DNA of 63,849 bases, filler included, from an uncultured Methanosarcinales archaeon (GCA_964645415.1; 11 parts of 11 records of this genome joined end to end with filler, not necessarily neighbours in it), one strand, 5' to 3'. Shown: positions 50,215-60,481, counted from the whole stretch's first letter. Translations and numbers: made by a program. The notes: generated by a model not told the origin, from the sequence alone.

Positions 50215-50440
50215 ATTAAGCTAAAGAGTGTGTATTCGTTTAAGTGCAGTGTGTAGGGCAAAATCATCTAAGGAAAAGGAACTTAAAAGAATGAAACAAA
50301 AAGAAATAGAAACTTATAGGAACTACCGTGCCATACGAAGTATGGTACCATCCTTATCAAATTACTAAACTAAAGTTTAGAACTTGTTAAATTACAAATT
50401 TAAAAGTGTGATAAAATTTGAGGGTAAATCATCTAAGAAA
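50215..50440 (+). repeat. most complete modular repeat copy, hairpin core at 50328..50348
   Basis: TAAAGAGTGTGTATTCGTTT / GGGCAAAATCATCTAAG / AAAGAATGAAACAAAAAGAAATAG / GGAACTACCGTGCCATACGAAGTATGGTACCATCC / CTAAAGTTTAGAACTTGTTAAATT / TGTGATAAAA. Confidence 0.9.
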
Positions 50441-50519
50441 ATTTTGTCGACTTTTTTTAAAAAAGTCTCCTTATAATAATTGTAATTTTATAAAAAAGTT
50501 TTATGAAAAAGAAAAATAA

Positions 50520-51038
50520 TTATCCTGAAATTATATCAAAACCCATTTTCTGCCAATTTTCAATACCACCACTAAGATGGTAAACATTCTTAAAACCTAA
50601 TGATTTCATTAAATCTAATGTTTGATTAGTTCTATTACCTGTTCTACAATATAAAACATAAGTGAGATTTTTATCTAAAGAATTAATCTTTGAAACAAAG
50701 TTAGTATCATAAAAATCAATCAACATCACATCATCAATTCTCCTCTCAACATACTCTTCATAAGTCCTTATATCAATGACAATAATTTCTTCTTTTTCAA
50801 GAGACTTTCTTAGTGAATCAGGAGAAATTCCACTAAAAGAATCATAAGAAAACAATAACTCATTATAATCATTAGAACTATTATTCATATTGTATTGAAA
50901 AATAATATCCCTACAACTATTCATAGAACAATAACCACCACCAAAAGAAACTAATCCAATAATTATAGTTAAGAAAAATAAAAATATAAGATGAATGTTA
51001 AAAATACTAGAAAGTTTTAATTTATTCTTTTTAGACAT
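50520..51038 (-). CDS. membrane-anchored rhodanese-like protein
   Basis: IDIRT.EEY, YCRTGNRT, LSGGIENW; N-terminal TM. Confidence 0.88.
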   Translation of the reverse strand: MSKKNKLKLSSIFNIHLIFLFFLTIIIGLVSFGGGYCSMNSCRDIIFQYNMNNSSNDYNELLFSYDSFSGISPDSLRKSLEKEEIIVIDIRTYEEYVERRIDDVMLIDFYDTNFVSKINSLDKNLTYVLYCRTGNRTNQTLDLMKSLGFKNVYHLSGGIENWQKMGFDIISG

Positions 51039-51084
51039 AAAAACTATTAGAATATTAAATATATAAATATTGCGAATAAAGTTA

Positions 51085-51489
51085 TCAATAATAAGTACTC
51101 TTTAAATCATTATATAACTCTAAAATAGGTTTTTTAGATTTATAGTAATCAGGAAGTTCATCGTTAGTAAAAGAATATAAATAAATATCTACCAACATGT
51201 GAACATAATAACTTTTCATAGTCTCAATCTCAGGATTAGTTCTTCTAATGTCAACCAATGATTTATTTAAACCAGGAAATTTATTTTTTATCTCTCTTCT
51301 AAAATAACTGTCAATTTTATCTTCTAATACTTCAAAATCATCTTCATTAAAAGAACTATTAATATCATAAAGACTAGTAAAAACTTTATCATAAAAGTTA
51401 CCTAATTTTCTATCTTTTTTCTTAAGGTGACTTAATGTATGCTCAACAAATTCTTCAGGTTCAGTATGTGGATCATAAATACTTTCCAT
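51085..51489 (-). CDS. hypothetical protein
   Basis: ORF only. Confidence 0.6.
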   Translation of the reverse strand: MESIYDPHTEPEEFVEHTLSHLKKKDRKLGNFYDKVFTSLYDINSSFNEDDFEVLEDKIDSYFRREIKNKFPGLNKSLVDIRRTNPEIETMKSYYVHMLVDIYLYSFTNDELPDYYKSKKPILELYNDLKSTYY

Positions 51490-51597
51490 TATATTACTAA
51501 AAGGTAGCAAAGAATATATAAGTTTTTTGATACTATAAAAACAAATTTCATCTCAAATTAAAAAAGAAGAATAAATTTAGAAAAAGTAATTTGAAAA

Positions 51598-52221
51598 CTA
51601 AAAACCATATATTAATTGAATTAACTCATCTGTCTTTTTTATTTTATGATCAAAATGTTTTCTAACAGTCAAATTATTAAAGAAAATATTAGGATACCAA
51701 ACCCTATGAACTCCAGCATTATTAGCATGTTCCATATCACTAGGACTATCTCCAATAAAAACACATTCTTTAGGTTTTAAATTATATTTTTTTAGCTTAT
51801 CTTTAATTGCTTGAGCTTTATTATCCATCTCATTTGATCCAATTAAAAAGTCAAAAAAATCTTTATTTGTATTAGATAATTTCTTTTTAGGTATTTTTGA
51901 ATCATTATTTGTAATTATACCCATCTTAAAGTTTTCTTTGTGTTCTTTAATATGTCTTAAATTAAGACGATATTTCAGTTTATATGATCTTTCAAGTGCA
52001 GCATTAAGAATCTTATCATATACTAATTTTTCATCAAGATTGCGTAAATTGGAAATTAATTTAACAAGTTCACTAAATTTCATATAAGTTATTTTTTTTA
52101 AATCATACATCTCTTTTAGATTTAAATTAAATTCCTTTATAATAAATCTTGCAAGACTTCTTATAAAAACAAAAGAGTCAACAATTGTTCCATCCCAATC
52201 AAAAATAATTAGTTTAATCAT
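51598..52221 (-). CDS. HAD-family hydrolase
   Basis: FDWDGTIVDS, ITNN, IGDSPSD. Confidence 0.9.
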   Translation of the reverse strand: MIKLIIFDWDGTIVDSFVFIRSLARFIIKEFNLNLKEMYDLKKITYMKFSELVKLISNLRNLDEKLVYDKILNAALERSYKLKYRLNLRHIKEHKENFKMGIITNNDSKIPKKKLSNTNKDFFDFLIGSNEMDNKAQAIKDKLKKYNLKPKECVFIGDSPSDMEHANNAGVHRVWYPNIFFNNLTVRKHFDHKIKKTDELIQLIYGF

Positions 52222-52264
52222 ATATTATAAAAAAAAGAATGATATATAATGTTTTTGAAGAAAA

Positions 52265-53008
52265 CTATAAAGTTTCAAAAAAAGCTGCTAAGAATATTAA
52301 AAAAATACCTAATGAGATAAGTATAAGAAAGTCTTTAATTAAAGTTTTATTTGTATCTTTTTTTAATTCTTGAAACCATTCAAATCTATATGATAATAAG
52401 GAACCAGCTAAACCAACTAGAACAAACCCAGCAATTTCTAATAAACCATGACCTAAGTAACCAAATAATAGAGGAAAGTTCTCAAAAATGTTCCCTACAT
52501 TATATAAAACATATGATAAAATAGAAGCATTCCAAATTAAAACAAAAACAATTCCAGAAGTTGAAATAAATGCAATAAAAAAAGTAATTAATGCAACAGA
52601 TAAATTATTAACAAGTATTTCTCCAAAACTAAATTCAACATTTGTAATACTCATAAAGATTGAATCAAGAATACTAGAATGAAACGAATGACTACTCAAT
52701 AATGGAAGAACTATCCAAAAAGCAATAGTTGCTGACAAAAATAATATCCAAAAAATAAGAATTTGTTCATCAAGAAAAAAGATAGTATCTTTTATTTTAT
52801 TTTCATTAAGTTTTTTTGATTCTCGATCTTTAATAAATTTAACAACAGGATATGATAAAGATATTGCAGATATCATCACTAAAAAGATATAATTAGCACC
52901 AAAAAAAGAACTAATTAAACCCAACAAGAGTATTATTAAAAAAAATTCTAGAAATAATCTAAAAAAAGAATGATTTAATTCATCTTTTAGTATAAATCTA
53001 TCTATCAT
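52265..53008 (-). CDS. SpoIIM/DUF95-family membrane protein
   Basis: ILVNNL.V, WNAS, HGLLEI, AAFFET. Confidence 0.8.
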   Translation of the reverse strand: MIDRFILKDELNHSFFRLFLEFFLIILLLGLISSFFGANYIFLVMISAISLSYPVVKFIKDRESKKLNENKIKDTIFFLDEQILIFWILFLSATIAFWIVLPLLSSHSFHSSILDSIFMSITNVEFSFGEILVNNLSVALITFFIAFISTSGIVFVLIWNASILSYVLYNVGNIFENFPLLFGYLGHGLLEIAGFVLVGLAGSLLSYRFEWFQELKKDTNKTLIKDFLILISLGIFLIFLAAFFETL

Positions 53009-53067
53009 ATAATTAGAATTCTCTTTTTAGTTATATAAATTTTTATATAATAAAAAAATAAAATGAT

Positions 53068-53553
53068 TTATTTTTCATTATTTTTCAAATAAATAACCAT
53101 CCCAATTATTAATAATACTAAGACAAATAAAGAAACTAAAGTACCTGTACCACCAATTAAAAGTCCAGTAAATGGATCTTCTCCTTCATTTAATGATAAC
53201 TCATCAATATTATAATCCGCAATAGATAGAACATAATCACCAGATTCAAATTTTCTTTCAAAAGAAATTTCAGTCACTTCATTACCTCTAAGAGCAATAT
53301 TTCTTGATTCGACAGAAACGTTATTAACTTTAAAAGGAATCCTAACTATTTCAGTTTCATTTCCTGAGTTTTCTAAAGTAATATTTATTTTAACATCTTC
53401 AACTTCCCAATTATCTAAATTTGAAATTTGATAGTCAACTAAATCAACATTAGGTTTTATTTCACCAATAGAATAAACTAAAGATGAAATAAAAATAGAT
53501 AAGATTAAAACAAGTATAATTACCTTTGATTTATTTTTTAATTTAAGTTTCAT
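53068..53553 (-). CDS. secreted CARDB/Ig-like protein with C-terminal TM anchor
   Basis: Signal peptide, DL..., LENSGN beta domain, FTGLLIG followed by a TM. Confidence 0.65.
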   Translation of the reverse strand: MKLKLKNKSKVIILVLILSIFISSLVYSIGEIKPNVDLVDYQISNLDNWEVEDVKINITLENSGNETEIVRIPFKVNNVSVESRNIALRGNEVTEISFERKFESGDYVLSIADYNIDELSLNEGEDPFTGLLIGGTGTLVSLFVLVLLIIGMVIYLKNNEK

Positions 53554-53702
53554 AATAATCCCCCAAAATTATTTTAAAAATAAAATTAAGTATAAAATAA
53601 TAACTAGTGTAACTAACTAATAATAACAATTACTTTTTGTTATTTATATATTTTGTGTTTTTTTATTGAAAAGAAAAGAAAAAAGAAAGAAAAAGAAAAA
53701 AA

Positions 53703-54698
53703 TTATTTCATTATATATTCAACTAAATCAATAGTTCTATTACTATAGCCATATTCATTATCATACCAAGCGATAATTTTAGCCATATTTCCTCCAATTA
53801 CTTTTGTAGACTTCCCATCAATTATTGATGAATGAGGATTTCCAATAATATCAGAACTTACTAAATCATTCTCAGAATATTCCATTATCCCTTTTAAAGC
53901 TCCTTTGGAAGCTTTTTTCAAAGCATAATTTAGTTCATCAACAGTAATATCATGTTCGAGCTCTACAACAAAATCAGAAGCAGAACCATCTGGAGTTGGA
54001 ACTCTCATTGCCATTCCATCTAACTTTCCTTTTAATTCAGGAATTACTTTGGTAACTGCTTCAGCAGCACCAGTTGTAGTAGGAATAATAGATGTAATTG
54101 CACTTCTTGATCTTCTTTTCTTTTTATGTGGTGCATCAAGCATATTTTGAGAGTTTGTAACACTATGAACTGTTGTCAATAAACCTTTTTTAATACCAAA
54201 TACATCATTTAAAGTTTTTGCTACAGGAGCCAAAGAATTTGTTGTACATGAAGCATTACTAATTACATCATGTTCATCCTTATTGTATAAAGTATGATTT
54301 ACTCCTAAAACAACACTTAAATCAGCATCTTTACTTGGAGCAGAGATAATTACTTTTTTAGCACCAGCTTTTAGGTGTTTTGCAGCTTGTTCTCTTTGAC
54401 GAAAAACTCCAGTACTTTCAATTACTACATCAACACTAATATCTCCCCAAGGTAATTTTTCAGGATCTTTTTCATTATAAACATGAACTAATTTTCCATC
54501 AATTTTTAAATGACTTTTATCATACTTTACATCTTTATCAAAAGTTCCATGAACAGAATCATGTTTTAAAAGGTATGCTAACATTTCAGTATCTGTTAAG
54601 TCATTTATTGCAACAACCTCAATATTTTCATTCTTTGAGGCAATTCTATAAACCATCCTTCCGATTCTTCCAAATCCATTAATTGCAATTCTTATCAT
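53703..54698 (-). CDS. gap: type I (bacterial-type) glyceraldehyde-3-phosphate dehydrogenase
   Basis: INGFGRIGR, SNASCTTN, RVPT, WYDNE. Confidence 0.97.
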   Translation of the reverse strand: MIRIAINGFGRIGRMVYRIASKNENIEVVAINDLTDTEMLAYLLKHDSVHGTFDKDVKYDKSHLKIDGKLVHVYNEKDPEKLPWGDISVDVVIESTGVFRQREQAAKHLKAGAKKVIISAPSKDADLSVVLGVNHTLYNKDEHDVISNASCTTNSLAPVAKTLNDVFGIKKGLLTTVHSVTNSQNMLDAPHKKKRRSRSAITSIIPTTTGAAEAVTKVIPELKGKLDGMAMRVPTPDGSASDFVVELEHDITVDELNYALKKASKGALKGIMEYSENDLVSSDIIGNPHSSIIDGKSTKVIGGNMAKIIAWYDNEYGYSNRTIDLVEYIMK

Positions 54699-54789
54699 TA
54701 TTAATCACATAAAAAAATCAACTTGTTAAATAAAAAATGTTTGTTATCTTTTCTTAGTAATAATTTTTAATTATATATCTCATTTGGGT

Positions 54790-55061
54790 GATTACTTGAA
54801 GAGGAATTTTATACATGATTAAAAACATATTAAAGTAAAAAATCTGCTGATTTTTTTCACAGAAGTAAAACCTAATAAAAAAAAGATAAAAAGAGTATAA
54901 AATTCCGATAAAACTTTAATTAGATGAAAAACGAATACACACTCTTTAGCTAAAACGAATACTCTTTTTTGTAGAAGAAAAAATTTTCTATTTTTCTTTA
55001 GGATAAAGCGTAGATAAAAATAAAAATTATTCAAACAAAGTAGAAATAAATAGAAAATTAT
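54790..55061 (+). repeat. modular repeat, 5' modules (homologous to 39045-39275)
   Basis: GAGGAATTTTATA, AAAAATCTGCTGATTT, GAGTATAAAATTCCGATAAAAC, AAAACGAATAC, CGTAGATAAAAATAAAA. Confidence 0.85.
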
Positions 55062-55163
55062 NNNNNNNNNNNNNNNNNNNNNNNNNNNNNNNNNNNNNNN
55101 NNNNNTTAATTAATTAANNNNNNNNNNNNNNNNNNNNNNNNNNNNNNNNNNNNNNNNNNNNCA

Positions 55164-55766
55164 AGAATTGCTTCTCAGTTAAATGTTCCAGAAAGAATTA
55201 TTGAAGATGCTAAAAGGATTTATCAAATGGCTGTATATCGTGGATTAGTAAGAGGACGTAGTATGGAATCTGTTCTTGCTGGTGCATTATATGCTGCAAC
55301 AAGACGTGGTGAATTACCTAGGACTTTAAATGAGGTTTCAGAAGCATCTGGTATTGGTAGAAAAGAAGTTGGAAGGACTTATCGTTTTATTACAAGAGAA
55401 CTTTCTGATATGATAAATATTTTACCTACAAAACCTTCTCAATATATTCCAAGATTTTCTTCATCTCTTGATCTTTCTCCTAAAGCTAGAGCTGAAGCAA
55501 TGAAAATTGTAAAAAAGGCTCATGAACTAGAGTTAACTTCTGGTCGTGGTCCAACAGGAATTGCTGCAGCTGCATTATATATTGCTTCTTTAATGCATGG
55601 TGAAAAGAGAACTCAAAGAGAAGTAGCAGAAGTTGCTGGTGTTACTGAAGTTACAATTAGAAATAGGTACAAAGAATTAGTTGATGTTTTAGATTTAAAT
55701 GATAAATTAAAGAAAAATAAAAGAGGTCGTAGAAGTAAAAAAGAGATGCAAGGTCTTAATGATTAA
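55164..55766 (+). CDS. tfb: transcription initiation factor TFB, C-terminal part (5' truncated)
   Basis: LVRGRS, PRTLNEV, SGRGPTGIAAAALY, TQREVAEVAGVTEVTIRNRYKEL. Confidence 0.96.
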   Translation, partial: RIASQLNVPERIIEDAKRIYQMAVYRGLVRGRSMESVLAGALYAATRRGELPRTLNEVSEASGIGRKEVGRTYRFITRELSDMINILPTKPSQYIPRFSSSLDLSPKARAEAMKIVKKAHELELTSGRGPTGIAAAALYIASLMHGEKRTQREVAEVAGVTEVTIRNRYKELVDVLDLNDKLKKNKRGRRSKKEMQGLND

Positions 55767-55874
55767 TTTTTTTTTTTATATTATTTTTCTTATTTTTATT
55801 CTTTTAGGTAAATTATAATTCTTTAGATTAAGTAATATTTTAAAAAGCTTAAAATCTTAATTTAAACTTCTTTG

Positions 55875-55990
55875 AAAAAATGTATTCGTTTTATGCTAAA
55901 GAAAGTAGAAATTTTTTTTATCTTCGATGATGTATAGGTCAAAATCATCTAAAAATAAAATAATAGAAGTTTATAAAAACAGAAATAAGA
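55875..55990 (+). repeat. partial modular repeat (internal to the contig)
   Basis: TGTATTCGTTTTATGCTAAAG...TCTTCGATGATGTATAGGTCAAAATCATCTAA, similar to 20841-20910. Confidence 0.8.
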
Positions 55991-56041
55991 TTTTTTTTGA
56001 GTTTTGGAAATATATTTATACTTTTATCTATTACTACTTTT

Positions 56042-56845
56042 ATGTCAAGAATTGAAATTTTTTATGATATCGATGATACTTTAGTTGAAAGTGAAGATTT
56101 TTTTAAATTTTTATCAAGAGCTATGTCATACTATGTTTTGGATAATTATTATCTCAATTTAGATGAAGTAAAAAATTCTAATGATGTAAGATTTATTAAT
56201 CAATTTATAGATAATAAGTACGAAAATTCAGATCCTGAGTTAAAAAAATTATATAATACTATTAAAGATAAAGTAAACCAAAACAATTTAGGTATGATTA
56301 ACTATAAGAAAAACTTAGGTTTATTTCCTTACAATAAAAAAACTCACTTTGAAAGTTTAATAAAATCTTCTGAAGAACTTAACTTAGACATTGATGAAAA
56401 TTATTTAGATAAATTGGCTGCTATTCCTTTTGAATCTACTTTTTTAGAAAAAGATACAATTAAGTCATTAGAATACATTCTGAATGGATATTTTCCTAGA
56501 ATGAATGTGAATGTATTTACTAAGGGTAAAGAATCAATACAATTAAAGAAATTAGATGATCTAGGATTATATAGTTATATTGATTTAGATAATATTTTTG
56601 TAATGAATGAAAAAAATACTGATAAACTGTATGAAGTTTTATCTACAAAATCTTATGATTCTTCTTTAATAATTGGAAATTCTTTAAGTGATGAGATAAT
56701 ACCTGCTATTAATTGTAATTCTGATTACTTTTGGGTAGAAAATGAAGATTTATTTAGTCAAGATATTAAATTAGATAAAAATAAAATAAAAAAATATAAC
56801 CTCAATTCTTTTAAAAAATACATTCACTCAAAATCAAGGTATTAA
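56042..56845 (+). CDS. divergent HAD-like hydrolase
   Basis: YDIDDTLV, FTKG...Q..KL, IGNSL.DEI.PA. Confidence 0.7.
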   Translation: MSRIEIFYDIDDTLVESEDFFKFLSRAMSYYVLDNYYLNLDEVKNSNDVRFINQFIDNKYENSDPELKKLYNTIKDKVNQNNLGMINYKKNLGLFPYNKKTHFESLIKSSEELNLDIDENYLDKLAAIPFESTFLEKDTIKSLEYILNGYFPRMNVNVFTKGKESIQLKKLDDLGLYSYIDLDNIFVMNEKNTDKLYEVLSTKSYDSSLIIGNSLSDEIIPAINCNSDYFWVENEDLFSQDIKLDKNKIKKYNLNSFKKYIHSKSRY

Positions 56846-56870
56846 TTGTTAACAATTAGTTGCTTTTTTC

Positions 56871-57767
56871 TCATTTAAGAATATTTAAGGCCTCATCAAT
56901 AGATTTATTTTCTACAGTTATCGAATATATAGCATTGCACATTTTAATTGCTTCATCTAAATCTTTTTGATGAATATTTCTACCAGTTGCATTACCACTA
57001 GCACCAATTTCTATTTGTTCTTTTAATCTCTTTAAAAAATCCTCAGGGTTAACAGAAGAACCACCAGAACATACAACTCCTGTTCTTCCAGCAGCCATAA
57101 TTGCTTGTTTAAATGTATTATCTTTTCCTTCTTTTTGTTTTGGATAATTAACTTTTACAAAATCTGATCCGAGACATGAAGCAACTCCACAAGCACCTGC
57201 TATTAAATTAGGATCTTTTTCATTCTCAACTGATTCTCCTCTAGGATAAATCCATAAAACTGCAATCATTCCTTCTTTATGAGCATTATTAATTAACTTT
57301 GCTGCCTTTCTAAGCATCTTTGATTCATATCTACTACCTAAATAAATTGTATAACCTACTCCAACAATATTTAACTTACTTGATTTTTTAAACTCAACCA
57401 AATCTTTAAAATCATATAATTGTTCACTGTAAGGATCATCAACTTCTGTTGGAACTAAGTTTGTTTTAGAATTCATCTTTACAAGATAAGGTATGTTTGG
57501 GTAATCCATTCCGAATTTTGAAATCAAACCCATCTGTGTTGCAAAAACACCTATTTTTGCTTTATCTGCAATTTCAAATAAGTGTTTAGGTTTATTATCA
57601 TCATCACTTATTCCTTCTCCATAGAAATCAGCATTAAGATGTTCTATCTTTTGGTCACCTGCAAACAACATAAGCTTTCCAGAGTTATTAGTTGCAGTTT
57701 TAAAATTTTTTATGTACTTCTTTCTTTTAATTTTTGGAACATCTAACGGGACTTTTATATTTTCCAT
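56871..57767 (-). CDS. class I (DhnA-type) fructose-bisphosphate aldolase
   Basis: AGDQKIEH, GYTIYLGS, WIYPRG, DFVKVNYP, GNATGRNIHQ. Confidence 0.9.
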   Translation of the reverse strand: MENIKVPLDVPKIKRKKYIKNFKTATNNSGKLMLFAGDQKIEHLNADFYGEGISDDDNKPKHLFEIADKAKIGVFATQMGLISKFGMDYPNIPYLVKMNSKTNLVPTEVDDPYSEQLYDFKDLVEFKKSSKLNIVGVGYTIYLGSRYESKMLRKAAKLINNAHKEGMIAVLWIYPRGESVENEKDPNLIAGACGVASCLGSDFVKVNYPKQKEGKDNTFKQAIMAAGRTGVVCSGGSSVNPEDFLKRLKEQIEIGASGNATGRNIHQKDLDEAIKMCNAIYSITVENKSIDEALNILK

Positions 57768-57900
57768 TTTATTTCAATATTAAAACTAAATTTATGTATT
57801 TATATTTTATGTTAAAAAGAATTACTAAAATTCAATTTTTCTTTTTATGCTACTTATTGATAATAAAAAATATAAATCATTCTTCTTATAGTAATGTAAT

Positions 57901-58920
57901 ATGAGTGTTGGAATAGTCTTAAATAATGATGATAATGGAGTAATTATAGTAGATTCTAGAGTTTCAACAAATTATCGAGAAAGTGATTCTGTTAATAAGA
58001 TTGAAACTTTTAAAAAAAGGTATTCTCATGGTGTTGTTTTTGGTTCAGGTAGTGGTAACCTTGTTCTTAGTTTAAATAAGAAACTTAAAGAATTAGATGA
58101 AAAAAATATTGAGGATTTAATTAATAGAGTTCATCATGAATTAGTAAAAAGAATTGATAAAAAAGATAAAACTTATCTTGAAAATATTGTTAATGAATAT
58201 GAAAAGATAAATAGCTCATTATATGTTTCAAAAAGAAAAATTTTTAGAAAATTAAAAGGAATCAATCTTTTAGAAAAATCTGATAGAGAAAAAATTAATT
58301 ATTTAACTGAAAAAATGATGAAAAAATATGATGAGATTCTTGATAAAGATATTTCTGAAATAAAAAGTAATTATTTTGACCGTAAAAGAAATAATAAAAC
58401 TGAATTTATAACAGTAATGTTTGACTCTAATTTAGAAAAGATTAGAAAATACCATTTAGACTATGTTACAAAAGAAGAGGTATTCTTTGATTATGAAATA
58501 ATTGGAAGTGGAAAAGATTATGCTCATTCATATCTTTCAGAAAACCTTGTTGGAAATAATGTAGGTAATTTTTCTTTAGAAGATTTAATACACTTTGGTA
58601 TAAATTCTTATTCAAAATCAACATTAAATAGAGGAGTAGGTGGAATTCCGAAAGTATATATTTTAAACTCAGAAAAAGTCAAAAAATTAAACCGAGACCA
58701 ATCAATAGAATTATCTTATATTAGTGGGATGAATCTTTCTAATTTAATTGATCTTTCACGAAAAAAAATAAATGAGCATTACAATCAAGTTCTTAACAAT
58801 AATTTTGATATTGAGAAATTTATTTCTGATTACAAAGTTGAGGATATGGTAAATAATTTTTATATTCCCTATAGTTCTTTTTTAGAATTTTCAAGTAATG
58901 AAAATTACTCTTTAGATTAG
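57901..58920 (+). CDS. divergent proteasome-beta-like Ntn hydrolase (Ser1) with helical insertion
   Basis: S1, D17 (DSR), K32, GSG, IGSG and GVGG motifs parallel psmB. Confidence 0.6.
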   Translation: MSVGIVLNNDDNGVIIVDSRVSTNYRESDSVNKIETFKKRYSHGVVFGSGSGNLVLSLNKKLKELDEKNIEDLINRVHHELVKRIDKKDKTYLENIVNEYEKINSSLYVSKRKIFRKLKGINLLEKSDREKINYLTEKMMKKYDEILDKDISEIKSNYFDRKRNNKTEFITVMFDSNLEKIRKYHLDYVTKEEVFFDYEIIGSGKDYAHSYLSENLVGNNVGNFSLEDLIHFGINSYSKSTLNRGVGGIPKVYILNSEKVKKLNRDQSIELSYISGMNLSNLIDLSRKKINEHYNQVLNNNFDIEKFISDYKVEDMVNNFYIPYSSFLEFSSNENYSLD

Positions 58921-59011
58921 AGAAAAATATATATACTCCCAACAATGATATAATTTGAGTAATAGATTTTGATATTTAGAAGTATATTGTTTTTTAAATG
59001 GGGTGTAATTT

Positions 59012-59617
59012 ATGAGAAATAAAAAAAGAGAAGAGAATGCAATTGTATTAGATTTTTTAGCACACGGTTATCCTTTTGATGATAGACCAAGTTATAAAAA
59101 GAAACCAATCGCTCAATCAATTGGTAAAAAACATTTTACATTAATAGAATTAATTCCGAAAAAAGGAGTTCACTTAAAATCTGGTGAAGAAGTATATATT
59201 GGTCCTGATAAAAGAGAAAAAATTCACCACATTGCATCCCGAATTGATTATGATAAACTTACTGAAACTGCTAGAACTGAATTAAAATATATTTTAGAAG
59301 ATTTAGTTTTAGAAAGAGAACAAGAATTTATTAATTTCTTTAATAAAGCAAGTCCTTTAAGTACCAGAATGCATCAACTTGAGATTTTACCTGGTTTAGG
59401 AAAAAAACATATGAAAGTAATTATTGAAGCAAGAGAAAAAGAACCTTTTAAAGATTTTGAAGATTTAAAAGAAAGAGTTTCTTTAATTCCTGATCCAATT
59501 AAAACAGTTGTTAAAAGGATTATAAAAGAACTTTCTGAAGACCAAAAATATTACATTTTTGTTCCAAGTCAAAGAAAATCTAGAAATAATAGGAGAAATA
59601 ATAGAAGAAGAAGGTAA
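59012..59617 (+). CDS. DUF655 family (putative RNA-binding) protein
   Basis: VLDFLAHG, FTLIEL, FFNKA.P...RMHQLEILPGLGKK. Confidence 0.88.
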   Translation: MRNKKREENAIVLDFLAHGYPFDDRPSYKKKPIAQSIGKKHFTLIELIPKKGVHLKSGEEVYIGPDKREKIHHIASRIDYDKLTETARTELKYILEDLVLEREQEFINFFNKASPLSTRMHQLEILPGLGKKHMKVIIEAREKEPFKDFEDLKERVSLIPDPIKTVVKRIIKELSEDQKYYIFVPSQRKSRNNRRNNRRRR

Positions 59618-59633
59618 ATATATTATACCTTCT

Positions 59634-59765
59634 TTATAACATTTTAAAAACTTCATTAGAATGATTTTCATTTGTTGAAAGAATACTTTCTAATGTGTCT
59701 TTTCTTTTTAATAATGTTTTTTCTCTTTCATTTAAAATATCATAAGGAGCACTTTCAATATCTTC
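59634..59765 (-). CDS. C-terminal fragment of a gene truncated by the contig end
   Basis: Open frame EDIESAPYDILNEREKTLLKRKDTLESILSTNENHSNEVFKML* running from the gap. Confidence 0.5.
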   Translation of the reverse strand, partial: EDIESAPYDILNEREKTLLKRKDTLESILSTNENHSNEVFKML

Positions 59766-60004
59766 NNNNNNNNNNNNNNNNNNNNNNNNNNNNNNNNNNN
59801 NNNNNNNNNTTAATTAATTAANNNNNNNNNNNNNNNNNNNNNNNNNNNNNNNNNNNNNNNNNNNNTTCATGTAAAAATAAAAGAATTTGTTTTATATATT
59901 TCTTTCTATAAAAGAAATAATTATGAAATATGTCTTTATCATAAAGAGATATTTACTTTATAAAATTTTTAATTAATATTATGTTCTATTTCTTTAATTG
60001 TAAA

Positions 60005-60230
60005 TTATCTTCGTTTAAGTTAATGTGTCTTCGTATTTAGCTAAAGATTTTGTATTCGTTTATTATCTAAAGAAATAGTAGGGTAAAATCATCCAAAAAC
60101 AAAAACAAAAATATATAGAGATTTATGGAAACTTCTGTGTAATAGATAGTATAGGTCAATCCTTGTCAATTTACTAAAAAAAGTTTTAGAACTTATTAAA
60201 TTAAAAATTAAAAAATGTGATAAAAGCTGT
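60005..60230 (+). repeat. degenerate modular repeat copy (hairpin decayed, about 60138-60158)
   Basis: TCGTATTTAGCTAAAG, GGGTAAAATCATCC, CCTTGTCAATTTACTAAA and TTAGAACTTATTAAATTAAAAATT modules. Confidence 0.8.
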
Positions 60231-60276
60231 TTTCATCCAATTCATATTATAATAAATGGTAAAAATAAAAAATTAA

Positions 60277-60480
60277 TCAATTATACCCCCAAGTAATTTT
60301 ATTCCAAACTCTTTCATGAACAAAATAAAGAACTGCCTTAAAAATAACATCAAAAATACCAATTGATAACATAAAATCAATTCTTCCTGTAAAAATAAAA
60401 ACCAAAATCATAACAGTTAAAGTTGCAGTAATTCTCCAAGTAATTGTTTTTAATAAAGATCTCTTCTTTGTCTCTGCCAT
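60277..60480 (-). CDS. DUF2061 family membrane protein
   Basis: RSLLKTITWR, YFVHERVWNKITWG. Confidence 0.85.
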   Translation of the reverse strand: MAETKKRSLLKTITWRITATLTVMILVFIFTGRIDFMLSIGIFDVIFKAVLYFVHERVWNKITWGYN

Positions 60481-60481
60481 T

